Origin: Rhodospirillales bacterium | GTDB taxonomy: Bacteria; Pseudomonadota; Alphaproteobacteria; UBA828 | Assembly: GCA_028818855.1 (NCBI GenBank) | Contig: JAPPMY010000259.1 | Location: 6,299-70,298 of the forward strand | Reading direction: 5' to 3' | Length of the DNA stretch: 64,000 nucleotides | Part shown: positions 20,590 to 29,526 of the stretch, in pieces | Position numbering within the stretch: the stretch's first letter is position 1 | How the letters are laid out: the number at the start of each line of letters is the position of its first letter | Translations under genes and position numbers: made by a program | Notes under the pieces: generated by a model | Seen by the model: the letters and a program-made list of their open reading frames with translations, nothing else | What the model was told of the DNA's origin: nothing | Database searches by the model: none

Positions 20590-20728
20590 GCGCTCACGGC
20601 TGCACTACGGCTGCCGTCCCCTTCATCGACGTGAACCCTCCGGTCCGCGCGGTGCCCGCCGCGTCAGGCTTCACGGCGCATCGCCCGGCTGCGCCGATTG
20701 TAGGTGCCCTCGCAGCGCCGGAAGTGTT

Positions 20729-21616
20729 TCAAGCCCCCGGCGGCGGCGCGCAGACCTGCTCGTAGGCGAAGCGCTCGGCGATCAGGCCATTGTACGCGAA
20801 GATGTCGAGCGTCGCCTCGAAGGCTGCGCGGGTGATCTCGATGTGCGGCGCCCAGCAGCCGAGCCGCTGGTAGGCCGCGATGCAATGCTCGAGCGCCGGC
20901 AGTCCGATCTCAGGAAAGTAGGACTGCTCGGCACGGGCGACCTCGGCGGCCGGCGTCTCGTTGAGCCAGAGCCGGGCCTTGCGATACGCACGGGTGAAGG
21001 CCCGCGCCATGTCGGTCTCCAGCCACTCCCGCCGGGCGCACAGGCTGGAGAATCCGCAGCGGCCGACCTGGAGGCCGACCTGCGCTACGACATGGCCGAT
21101 GCCATCCGCCTCCAGTTGCTGGGGGAACGGTCCCTGCTGCTGGACATACCGGCCCACGCCGCCGCGAAAGGCGCGGTCGATCTCCGCGGCGCTGCCGGGG
21201 TGGATCGCCTTCAGCCGGCCGTAGTCGATCCCCGCCTTGTGGCAGGCGTACTTGAACATGGCGAGCGGCTGGCCGCCGCCGAACAGCACGACCTCGGCCC
21301 CCTCCAGCTTGCGCCAGTCGAACGCCGGGTCCGGCTCCCGCCCGGTGAGGAAAAAGCCGTCCATCTCGTTGATCTGGGCGAAGTGGGCGACGCCGGGGTC
21401 CTCGCCCTTGGACAGCGGCCCGAAGGCCTGGCTCGGCGCCGACTGCACGACGTGGGCGGTGCCGTCCTTCAGGGCTGCGATGGCGGAGCCCCCCGGCGGC
21501 GCGACCGACCAGTTCGCCTCCAGCCCCTCCTCGGCCAGAAAGCCGCCGGCCATCGTCGCGATGAGCGGCGAATAGAAGGCCGAGAACAGGGTGAACTGGA
21601 TGTCGATACGCGTCAT
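20729..21616 (-). CDS. NMT1/THI5-like binding-protein-fold protein without a signal peptide
   Basis: FYSPLI....GFLAEEGL N-terminal motif of the SsuA/NMT1 class; no hydrophobic leader. Confidence 0.75.
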   Translation of the reverse strand: MTRIDIQFTLFSAFYSPLIATMAGGFLAEEGLEANWSVAPPGGSAIAALKDGTAHVVQSAPSQAFGPLSKGEDPGVAHFAQINEMDGFFLTGREPDPAFDWRKLEGAEVVLFGGGQPLAMFKYACHKAGIDYGRLKAIHPGSAAEIDRAFRGGVGRYVQQQGPFPQQLEADGIGHVVAQVGLQVGRCGFSSLCARREWLETDMARAFTRAYRKARLWLNETPAAEVARAEQSYFPEIGLPALEHCIAAYQRLGCWAPHIEITRAAFEATLDIFAYNGLIAERFAYEQVCAPPPGA

Positions 21617-21655
21617 CGGCGATGCTCCTTCGGCCCGATTGCAAGGTGCGCCGCG

Positions 21656-23077
21656 TCAGAGCGCCGGCCAGCGGCCGCGCCAAGGGCTCGCTGCCTCATA
21701 CGCGGCGGCTGCGCGGAACACGCGAACGTCGTCGAAGCTCCGGCCGACGATCTGGATGCCCGTCGGCACGCCGGTATTCCGGCAGAAGCCGCTCGGGACG
21801 CTCATCACCGGGCACTCGCCCACCATGTTGAAGGGGTAGGTCAGCAGCCAGCCCAGATGCGGCTGCACCGGCTTCCCGCCGATGCGGAGGTCGTAGTCCA
21901 TGTTGTTGTGCTCGATCGGCACCGACGGCAGGGCGAGGGTCGGGCAGATCAGCACGTGATACCTCTCGAGGATCGGCGAGAGCTGCCGGTACATCTCGCC
22001 GCGCGCCAGGTTGACGCGATAGGCCCGCGCGGCGTCGAGCCGCATCCCGCGCTCGATCACGTCGACCAGGAAGGGGTCCATCTCGTAGCGCCAGCGCGGC
22101 AGCAGATGCCCGAAGAGACCGGCGTAGAACGCTTCCGAATGGGTAAGGAAGGCATCCAGCACGCCGGAGTGCCAGCCGAGCGCCACGTCGTCGACGACGC
22201 ACCCCAGATCGCGGAAGACGTCCGCGGCGGCGCGCGTGTTCAGCTCGACCTCTGGATCGATGGTCTTGTAGCCGAGATCGAGCGAGACGGCGACGCGCCA
22301 GCCCTCGATCCCGGCCATTGTCTCGGGGATGCGCACCCTGCTCCTGAGCGAGCAGGGATCCTCCGCATGCGGGCCCGACATCACGTTCTGCATGAGCGCG
22401 GCATCGCCGACCGAGCGGGTGAGCGGGCCGAAGTGAAGGATCGTCTCGCGCGGGAAATCGCGATCCAGCGGGTTGCGCCCGAAGGGCGGCTTGTAGCCGA
22501 TCAGCCCGCAGGCGGACGCGGGAATCCGGATCGAGCCACCGGCGTCGGTGCCGTCGGCCAGCATGGTCATGCCGCTCGCGAGCGCCGCTCCCGCCCCGCC
22601 TGAGGAGCCGCCCGGGCTGTAGGCCGTATTCCACGGGTTCCGGGTCACGCCCCAGAGCGCGCTGTAGGTCGTGCCGGAAGGCGATTCCGGCGTGGTCGTG
22701 CGCGCGTGCATGATGGCGCCCGCCCGCAAGAGGCGTGCCACCGTGGGCGCGGTGTGGTCCGGCCGGTGGTCGGCGAAGGCCTTGGAGCCGAAGGTCGTGA
22801 TCTCGCCCTTGACCGGGTGCAGGTCCTTGATCGCGACGGGGATGCCTTCGAGGGGGCGGGGCCGGCCATCGCTCTTGAGGTACCTGGCCTCGACACGGCG
22901 CGCCTGCTCGAGCGCACGCTCGAAGAACGTGTAGGTAAAGGCGTTGAGCGCAGGGTTGACCCGTTCCACGCGGGCGATCACCGCCTGCATGAGCTCCACC
23001 GGGGACAGCCGGCGGGCGCGAAAGGCCGCGAGCGCCTCGCCCGCCGTCATCATGCAAAGCGCGTCGTTTCCGCTCAT
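21656..23077 (-). CDS. Amidase signature family protein
   Basis: GIPVAIKD, TRNPWN, PGGSSGGA, GTDAGGSIRIPAS; ATG at 23077 after GGGGAGG. Confidence 0.92.
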   Translation of the reverse strand: MSGNDALCMMTAGEALAAFRARRLSPVELMQAVIARVERVNPALNAFTYTFFERALEQARRVEARYLKSDGRPRPLEGIPVAIKDLHPVKGEITTFGSKAFADHRPDHTAPTVARLLRAGAIMHARTTTPESPSGTTYSALWGVTRNPWNTAYSPGGSSGGAGAALASGMTMLADGTDAGGSIRIPASACGLIGYKPPFGRNPLDRDFPRETILHFGPLTRSVGDAALMQNVMSGPHAEDPCSLRSRVRIPETMAGIEGWRVAVSLDLGYKTIDPEVELNTRAAADVFRDLGCVVDDVALGWHSGVLDAFLTHSEAFYAGLFGHLLPRWRYEMDPFLVDVIERGMRLDAARAYRVNLARGEMYRQLSPILERYHVLICPTLALPSVPIEHNNMDYDLRIGGKPVQPHLGWLLTYPFNMVGECPVMSVPSGFCRNTGVPTGIQIVGRSFDDVRVFRAAAAYEAASPWRGRWPAL

Positions 23078-23181
23078 GGTCCGGTCCTCCCCCGCCCGAT
23101 GATGCGGCGAGGACCGACGCCGATCAACGCCGGCGTCCCGTTCGCTTGTCAACCGATCGCAAAATCCCGAAACTCCGTTGC

Positions 23182-24384
23182 ATGGGCGAGACGCACCGCT
23201 GGGCGGACATGTTCCCGGATATCGGGCAGGGGCCGGTCTCGACCACGCCCTGCATCTCGCGCGACTTCTACGAGGACGAGAAGGAGCGCGTCTTCAAGCG
23301 CGCCTGGCTCATGGTGGCGCGCGAGGAGGAGCTGCCGAAGCCCGGCGACTGGAAGGTGAAGCGCCTCGTCTGCGCGGACACCTCGGTGCTGCTGATCCGC
23401 GGCAAGGACGGCGTCGTCCGCGGCTTCCACAACATCTGCTCCCATCGCGGCAACAAGATCGTCTGGGAGACGGGTGACGAGAGCTTCGGCAGCAACAAGG
23501 CCGCGGTCGTCGCCTGCCACTTCCACGGCTGGGTCTACGGCGCCGACGGCGCGCTCGTGCAGGTGCCGGAGGAGGAGCGCTTCTACCCGTGCTTCGACAA
23601 GGCGGAGAACGGCCTCGTCGCGATCCGCACCGAGGTCTGGGAGGGCTTCGTCTGCATCAATCTGGATCCCGCGGGCAGCCAGTCGCTGGCCGACTACCTC
23701 GGCGATTACGGCGCGCACATGGCCAGATTTCCCTACGGGGAGCTCGATTTCTGCGCGAGCTACTGGACCGAGCTGGATTGCAACTGGAAGGTCGCCCACG
23801 ACGCCTTCGCCGAGGCCTATCACGTCCACACGGTCCACGCCGGCTCGTTCCCCAACGTGTTCTCGTCGGGCCTCGCCCACGTGAAGCTCTTCGGCCTGCA
23901 TCGAACGGCGGCGGTCTGCCTCAACCCGAGCGGCACGTTTCGCCCGGTCCAGCAGCGCGCGGAGGAGATCTGCGGCGGCTTCGCCGGCGCCCATCACAAG
24001 GGCTCGATGCTGCCCGAGACCATCAACCCCGACGGCCGCGAGGACTTCGCCTTCGAGCTCAGCGTGATGTTCCCCAACCTGCTGCTGCACATCGCCGAGG
24101 GGCTCTGGTTCACCCACCAGTTCTGGCCGCTGGCGCACAACAGGACGCGTTGGGAGGGCAAGTACTATATCCGCATGCCGCGCACCAACAGCGAGCGCTG
24201 GGCGTGCGAGAGCGCACAGCTCCTCGCCCGCAACGCCTGGCTCGAGGACACGGGCACGATGGAGGCGACGCAGGCGGCGCTCGATTCGGGCGTCAAGAAG
24301 GCGATGCACCTGCAGGACGAGGAGATCCTCGTGCGCCACGGCTACCACGCGCTGGACCGCTTCATGCGGAGCCCGCCGGCCTGA
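23182..24384 (+). CDS. Rieske non-heme iron oxygenase alpha subunit (paralogue 1)
   Basis: CSH-X23-CHFH Rieske site; NWK...EAYHVHTVH and WLED mononuclear Fe ligands. Confidence 0.93.
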   Translation: MGETHRWADMFPDIGQGPVSTTPCISRDFYEDEKERVFKRAWLMVAREEELPKPGDWKVKRLVCADTSVLLIRGKDGVVRGFHNICSHRGNKIVWETGDESFGSNKAAVVACHFHGWVYGADGALVQVPEEERFYPCFDKAENGLVAIRTEVWEGFVCINLDPAGSQSLADYLGDYGAHMARFPYGELDFCASYWTELDCNWKVAHDAFAEAYHVHTVHAGSFPNVFSSGLAHVKLFGLHRTAAVCLNPSGTFRPVQQRAEEICGGFAGAHHKGSMLPETINPDGREDFAFELSVMFPNLLLHIAEGLWFTHQFWPLAHNRTRWEGKYYIRMPRTNSERWACESAQLLARNAWLEDTGTMEATQAALDSGVKKAMHLQDEEILVRHGYHALDRFMRSPPA

Positions 24385-24395
24385 CGAGCCCCGAG

Positions 24396-24866
24396 ATGGC
24401 CCTCACTCTCGAAGAGCGGATCACGCGGCTCGAGGACATCGAGGCGATCAAGAGCCTCATCACGACCTACGCGCGGGGCGCGGACCGCAACAACGATCCG
24501 GCGATCCTGGCGCCGCTCTACACCGAGGACGCGGTGTGGGAGGCCGAGGGTTTTGGGCGCCATGAAGGCATCGAGGCGATCGCGCGGGAGATGGCCGAGG
24601 TCGGCCGCGAGACGATCCTCTGGAGCCTCCACTACATGGTCTCGCCGGAGATCAGGATCGCTGACGACGGCAAGAGCGCGGAGTGTTTTTGGTATCTCTG
24701 GGAGCTTGCGAAGATGCCCGGCGAGGACGGCCAGCCCGAAGACAACGTGATCGGCGGCTGGTACGAGACCAAGCTAGTCAAGACCGATGCCGGCTGGAAG
24801 TTCCGTCACGTGACCCTGGTGCTGAAGCTGATCTGCCCCGCTCACGAACCCTGGGAGACCCGGTAG
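24396..24866 (+). CDS. SnoaL/NTF2-fold protein (LinA/BaiE-like)
   Basis: LEERITRLEDIEAIK...YARGAD, YTEDAVW, SLHY, GWKF; 156 aa. Confidence 0.85.
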   Translation: MALTLEERITRLEDIEAIKSLITTYARGADRNNDPAILAPLYTEDAVWEAEGFGRHEGIEAIAREMAEVGRETILWSLHYMVSPEIRIADDGKSAECFWYLWELAKMPGEDGQPEDNVIGGWYETKLVKTDAGWKFRHVTLVLKLICPAHEPWETR

Positions 24867-24919
24867 ACACTTCCGGACCGACAGGTTGGGGCGACGTTCG
24901 TCACCGAGCCTGCGCGCCG

Positions 24920-25555
24920 CTACGAAGAGGCTTCCAAAATCTGGACGCGGATCGGCGTCGGCCGGCCTCCGGCTGCCGGGTTGTTGACTTGAGGGCAGTT
25001 GGAGACGATCGCAAGGACGTCGCGCTCGGCGCGCAAGTCGACGCGGTCGCCCGGCTTGGACGGGCCGTCGACGAAGGTCCGTTCCGCCAGGCGGCCTCCT
25101 TCATACACCGGCACGGCGCAGAAGAAGTTCACGTTGGGCACGATGTCCGTCCATCCCAGGCCGTGCTCCGCCAAGGCGCTCAGGAAGTTCTCGCGGCACC
25201 CTGGCACGCCCTCCACGCCGTAGAGCATGGCGTTGCTGGGGGCGCTGCAGCAACCGGCGATGGTGTCGTGATGGCCGCAGGTGTCGGCCACGATGGTGAA
25301 GAGCGCCCGTCCCCTGTCCGAGTAGAGCGCATGGCCCTCGGTCAGGCGAAGCGTGCCGCTTTTCTTGATGGTGTTCGGCGCGTTGTAGCGCTCGCGCGGG
25401 TCAGCCGCGTCGTAGCACAGGAAGTCGACGCCCTGCTCGCCCTCCAGGTCGACCATGCGCAGCACCTGTCCCCGCCGCAGGCGGGCCGACCACGGAGCGC
25501 CCGGCGGCACGATCTCGTCCTGGACAACAGGTCGCGCACTCTCTTCGTTCATCAC
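24920..25555 (-). CDS. DUF1989 (urea carboxylase-associated / carboxyguanidine deiminase-like) protein
   Basis: DLEGEQGVD, DTCGHHDTIAGCC, CRENF, NVNFF, SNCPQVNNP. Confidence 0.88.
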   Translation of the reverse strand: MMNEESARPVVQDEIVPPGAPWSARLRRGQVLRMVDLEGEQGVDFLCYDAADPRERYNAPNTIKKSGTLRLTEGHALYSDRGRALFTIVADTCGHHDTIAGCCSAPSNAMLYGVEGVPGCRENFLSALAEHGLGWTDIVPNVNFFCAVPVYEGGRLAERTFVDGPSKPGDRVDLRAERDVLAIVSNCPQVNNPAAGGRPTPIRVQILEASS

Positions 25556-25694
25556 CGTGCCCTCCGCTCTGATCCGTCGCCTACCCTAACCCATTTGGGG
25601 CGCATCGCGTTCCGGCCGGCGTCCGTTTCGGGAAACGCGACGCCTGACTATCATGCGGCTGACGAATTGATTCGCGCAGCCTGGGGAGGGCGTG

Positions 25695-26654
25695 ATGGAC
25701 CTCGGAATGACCATTCCCAATTACGGGCCTCTTGCCCGACGCGACGCCATCACCGCGATCGCGCGCCAGGCGGAGGACCTCGGTTTCGGCATCATGGCGA
25801 TCGCCGATCACATCGTCATTCCGAAGACCTGGAACTCCTTCTATCCCTATTCGCCGACCGGGCGGGTCGACACGTTCGACGGCGGCGACACGCTGGAACC
25901 GCTGGCGCTGATGGCGGCGCTCGCACTCGCGACGCAGAAGGCGCAGCTGCTCACCGCCGTGCTGGTGGTGCCCTATCGCCCGCCCATCCTGACCGCCAAG
26001 CAGCTCGCGACGATCGACGTCCTCTCCGGCGGGCGGGTCACGGTCGGCTGCGGGACCGGCTGGATGCGCGAGGAGTTCGAGGCGGTCGGTGCTCCGCCCT
26101 ATGAAGCGCGCGGCCAGGTGACCGACGAGTACATCGAGGCCTTCCGGGCGATGTGGACGAGCGACGAGCCGACCTACGAGGGAGAGTACGCCCGCGTTGC
26201 GGACATCTATTTCCGTCCCCAGCCTGTCCGCCAGCCGCACCCGCCGATCTGGATCGGCGGCGACAGCATGCCCGCGCTGCGCCGGACGGCACGCCTCGGA
26301 GACGGCTGGTTGCCGGTCGGCATCGCGCCGAAGCGCCCGCTCAACACGGTCGCCAGCTACCGGGACGCAGCGAAGACCCTCGCCGACCTCGCCCACGATG
26401 CCGGTCGCGACCCGGCAGAGATCGCGCTCAACTTCTGGGCCGTCTGGTACGACGAGAGCAAGCGGGTCACGCTCGATGACGGCAGCCGCCACATTTTTAC
26501 CGGCGAGTCCCAGGAGATCGCCGCCGACATCAACGCGCTGGCCGAAATCGGCGTCAGCACCGTCCTCTTCAACTTCGTCCGGAGCACCCTCGACGAGACG
26601 CTCGAGAGCACCGAGCGCTTCGCCCGCGACGTGATGCCGCTGGTCAGCGCATAA
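25695..26654 (+). CDS. Luciferase-like monooxygenase (LLM) family oxidoreductase, Rv2161c-like
   Basis: AEDLGF....ADHIV, AKQLATIDVLSGGR, GWMREEF, PPIWIGG, GDGW. Confidence 0.9.
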   Translation: MDLGMTIPNYGPLARRDAITAIARQAEDLGFGIMAIADHIVIPKTWNSFYPYSPTGRVDTFDGGDTLEPLALMAALALATQKAQLLTAVLVVPYRPPILTAKQLATIDVLSGGRVTVGCGTGWMREEFEAVGAPPYEARGQVTDEYIEAFRAMWTSDEPTYEGEYARVADIYFRPQPVRQPHPPIWIGGDSMPALRRTARLGDGWLPVGIAPKRPLNTVASYRDAAKTLADLAHDAGRDPAEIALNFWAVWYDESKRVTLDDGSRHIFTGESQEIAADINALAEIGVSTVLFNFVRSTLDETLESTERFARDVMPLVSA

Positions 26655-26782
26655 AGCACATGGTCTGGAGCGGGCTGCCGGGGCCGGGCAGGCGGCTTGA
26701 GGTGACTTGACCGGCGCGTCAGGCTTTCGCGGGCGCGAACGTGCGGTAGTTCAGCCCCCGGCCGCGCCCGCCGGCGGGCTCT

Positions 26783-28645
26783 TCATTCGGGCAAGGCCTC
26801 GTCAACGCCGGGCGGCCACGGCATGGCAGGGTCGTCGGGCGGGACGGCGGCGAGCAGCGCCCGTGTATAGGGGTGCTTCGGGGCCTCGAAGACCGCGTCG
26901 GTGGAGCCGCTCTCGACGACGCGGCCGGCCTGCATCACGAGCACGCGGGAGCACACGTAGCGCACGACGGAGAGATCGTGCGAGATCAGCAGCAGCGAGA
27001 TGGAAAGCTCCTCGCGCAGCCGCAGCAGCAGATTCAGGATCTGCGCCTGCACCGAGACGTCGAGCCCGGAGACGATCTCGTCCGCCACGAGCAGCCTGGG
27101 TGCCACGCAGAGCGCCCGGCCGATGTTCACGCGCTGGCGCTGGCCGCCGGAGAGCTGCGACGGATAGCGGCGCGCGCTCTCGGCCGCCATGCCGATCTCG
27201 CGCAGGAGGTGGGCAGCGCGGGCGCCGCGTTCGCTGATCCGGTGCCGGCGGCGGTCCGCCTCCATCGCCTGGGTGAGCAGGGTCAGCACGGTGCGGCGCG
27301 GGTTGAGCGCCGACTGCGGATCCTGGAAGACCATCTGTAGGGTCTCCAGCCGCTCGCGCCGGCTCGCCTCGTCCCGCGCCGAGGATTCGTGCCCTCGCAC
27401 CAGGAGGCGCCCATCCGTCGGGTGGTCGAGGCCCGCGATCATGCGCGCGACCGTCGTCTTTCCGCTGCCGCTCTCGCCGACGATGCCGACGAACTCGCCG
27501 GGCCTGACCGTGAGGTCCACCTCGCGCACGGCATCGACCACGTGCGGGGCGCCCAGCCAGGTCGCCCGCGTGGTGAAGCGCCGCGAGACGCTCTCCAGCG
27601 CGACGAGGGCTTCGCTCTCGCCATGCGCGGCCAGGGGCGCCGGCGGCGCGGTCTCGGCCGCCGCCTCGTCCGTGCCGGCCGCGCAGGCCTCGACGCAGCG
27701 CACGTGGTGGTCAGGCGTCAGCGCGACCAGGGCCGGCACGCTCCGTTCGCACGCTTCGGCGCGCACCGGGCAGCGCGGCGCGAAGCGGCAACCGGGCAAT
27801 CGCCCGAACTCCGCGAGGCCCGGCATGTGGTCGGGGAGCGTCGGCAGCCGGCGCCGCGGGCCGGTCAGGTTGGGGTTGGCCCGCTGCAGGCTGCGCGTGT
27901 AGGGGTGCTTCGGCTCGACCAGCAGGGTCTTGGCCTCGCCCTGCTCGACGATGTCGCCGGCATACATCACGAGAACCCTGTCGCAGACGTGGGCCGCGAG
28001 GCGCAGGTCGTGCGTTATCAGCACGACCGCGGTTCGATGCAGCGCCTGCATCTCCTTGATCAGCGCCATGATGCGGGCCTGGGTGATGACATCGAGCGCG
28101 GTCGTGGGCTCGTCGGCGACGACGAGCGCGGGATCGCCGGCGAAGGCCATCGCGATCAGCACTCGCTGGCACATGCCGCCAGACAGCTCGTGCGGATACT
28201 TGGCGAGCAGCTTGCCGGGCTCGGGCAGGTGCACCGCCGACAGCAGCTCGATCGCCTGCCGCCGCCGGGCCGCGCGGCCTCCGACGCCGAGCCGCCTGAG
28301 ATGCTCGTCGAACTGGCTCGCGATGGAGAGCACGGGGTTGAGCGCGGTCATCGGCTCCTGGGGCACGAAGGCGATACGCTTGCCGAGCAGCGCGCGGCGC
28401 CGGTGCGCGCCGAGCCGTACCAGGTCCTCTCCCTCGAACAGCAGCGTGCCGGCGCTGACGGCGAAACCCGGCGGGAGGAGCTGCGAGCAGAGCCGTCCGA
28501 TCATGGACTTGCCCGCCCCCGACTCGCCCACCAGGCCGAGCGTCTCGCCACGCTCCAGCGTGAACGAGATGTCGCGCAGAACGTCGACCGTGACCTCGCC
28601 GAGCCGCGCGGTCAGCGTGATGCCGCTTGCTTCGAGCAGGCTCAT
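26783..28645 (-). CDS. Peptide/nickel ABC transporter ATP-binding protein (fused DppD/DppF)
   Basis: GESGAGKS, LSGGMCQR, DEPTTALD, HPYT, GCRFAPRC; second domain GESGSGKT, LSGGQRQR. Confidence 0.93.
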   Translation of the reverse strand: MSLLEASGITLTARLGEVTVDVLRDISFTLERGETLGLVGESGAGKSMIGRLCSQLLPPGFAVSAGTLLFEGEDLVRLGAHRRRALLGKRIAFVPQEPMTALNPVLSIASQFDEHLRRLGVGGRAARRRQAIELLSAVHLPEPGKLLAKYPHELSGGMCQRVLIAMAFAGDPALVVADEPTTALDVITQARIMALIKEMQALHRTAVVLITHDLRLAAHVCDRVLVMYAGDIVEQGEAKTLLVEPKHPYTRSLQRANPNLTGPRRRLPTLPDHMPGLAEFGRLPGCRFAPRCPVRAEACERSVPALVALTPDHHVRCVEACAAGTDEAAAETAPPAPLAAHGESEALVALESVSRRFTTRATWLGAPHVVDAVREVDLTVRPGEFVGIVGESGSGKTTVARMIAGLDHPTDGRLLVRGHESSARDEASRRERLETLQMVFQDPQSALNPRRTVLTLLTQAMEADRRRHRISERGARAAHLLREIGMAAESARRYPSQLSGGQRQRVNIGRALCVAPRLLVADEIVSGLDVSVQAQILNLLLRLREELSISLLLISHDLSVVRYVCSRVLVMQAGRVVESGSTDAVFEAPKHPYTRALLAAVPPDDPAMPWPPGVDEALPE

Positions 28646-29526
28646 GCCTCGGTATGCCGCGCCTGGCGCAGCTTCGGATCGAGCGTCCGCCGCAGCCCGT
28701 CGCCGAGGAGGTTGAAGCCGAGCACGGTGATGAGGACGGCGAGGATCGGGAAGATCAGCGACCACACCGCCTGGTACATGTACTGGCGCGAGTCCGCGAT
28801 CATCATGCCCCAGGCCGGCACGTCGGATTCGACGCTCAGCCCGACGAAGCTGAGGATGGCCTCCACGATCACCGCGATGCCCATCTCCAGGCTCATCAGC
28901 GTGATGATCAGGGGCAGCACGGACGGCAGCACCTCGCGGAAGAGCGTGCGCGGATGGCTGAAGCCGAGCAGCCGGGCCGCCGGAATGTAGTCGCGCCGGC
29001 GCACCACGAGCACCTCCGCCCGCACGACGCGGCAGAACCGGGTCCAGTCGACCAGGATGATCGCGAGGATCACGTTGTCGACGCCGACCCCCAGCCCCAC
29101 CATCAGGATCAGCGAGAGGATCACCGGCGGAAAGGACATCCAGAGGTCGACCAGGCGGGTGATGAGCCAGTCTATCCAGCCGCCGAAATAGCCCGCGACG
29201 TGGGCGAGCGTGACGCCGAGCACCATCGCGCCGAGCGAGGCGAGCACGGCCACCACCATCGCGACGCGCGCGCCGTAGATCAGGTGGGAGAGGATGTCGC
29301 GGCCGAGGCTGTCGGTGCCGAGGGGATAGAGGGGGTCGCCCATCGCGTCCCAGGCGGGGGGGAGCAGGTTGCCGAAGAGATCCTGATCGGCAGGATCGTG
29401 CGGCGCGATCCAGGGCGCGAAGATGGCAACGACCGCAACGAACAGCACGATCAGTCCGCCGACCACGACACGGCCGGAGCGCAACGGCGCGGGCAGCCGA
29501 CGGAGCCTTGCGCCAAGCCCCCTCAC
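28642..29526 (-). CDS. Peptide/nickel ABC transporter permease (DppC-type)
   Basis: LGTDSLGRDILS, EAILSFVGL, WGMMI, FNLLGDGLR; GTG start overlaps the upstream TGA. Confidence 0.92.
   Translation of the reverse strand: MRGLGARLRRLPAPLRSGRVVVGGLIVLFVAVVAIFAPWIAPHDPADQDLFGNLLPPAWDAMGDPLYPLGTDSLGRDILSHLIYGARVAMVVAVLASLGAMVLGVTLAHVAGYFGGWIDWLITRLVDLWMSFPPVILSLILMVGLGVGVDNVILAIILVDWTRFCRVVRAEVLVVRRRDYIPAARLLGFSHPRTLFREVLPSVLPLIITLMSLEMGIAVIVEAILSFVGLSVESDVPAWGMMIADSRQYMYQAVWSLIFPILAVLITVLGFNLLGDGLRRTLDPKLRQARHTEA

Noticed and set aside
23589-24866. 425-aa ORF suggesting a Rieske-SnoaL frameshift fusion
   Set aside because: The Rieske gene is complete with its own stop, and the SnoaL gene has its own ATG at 24396; the upstream part is off-frame
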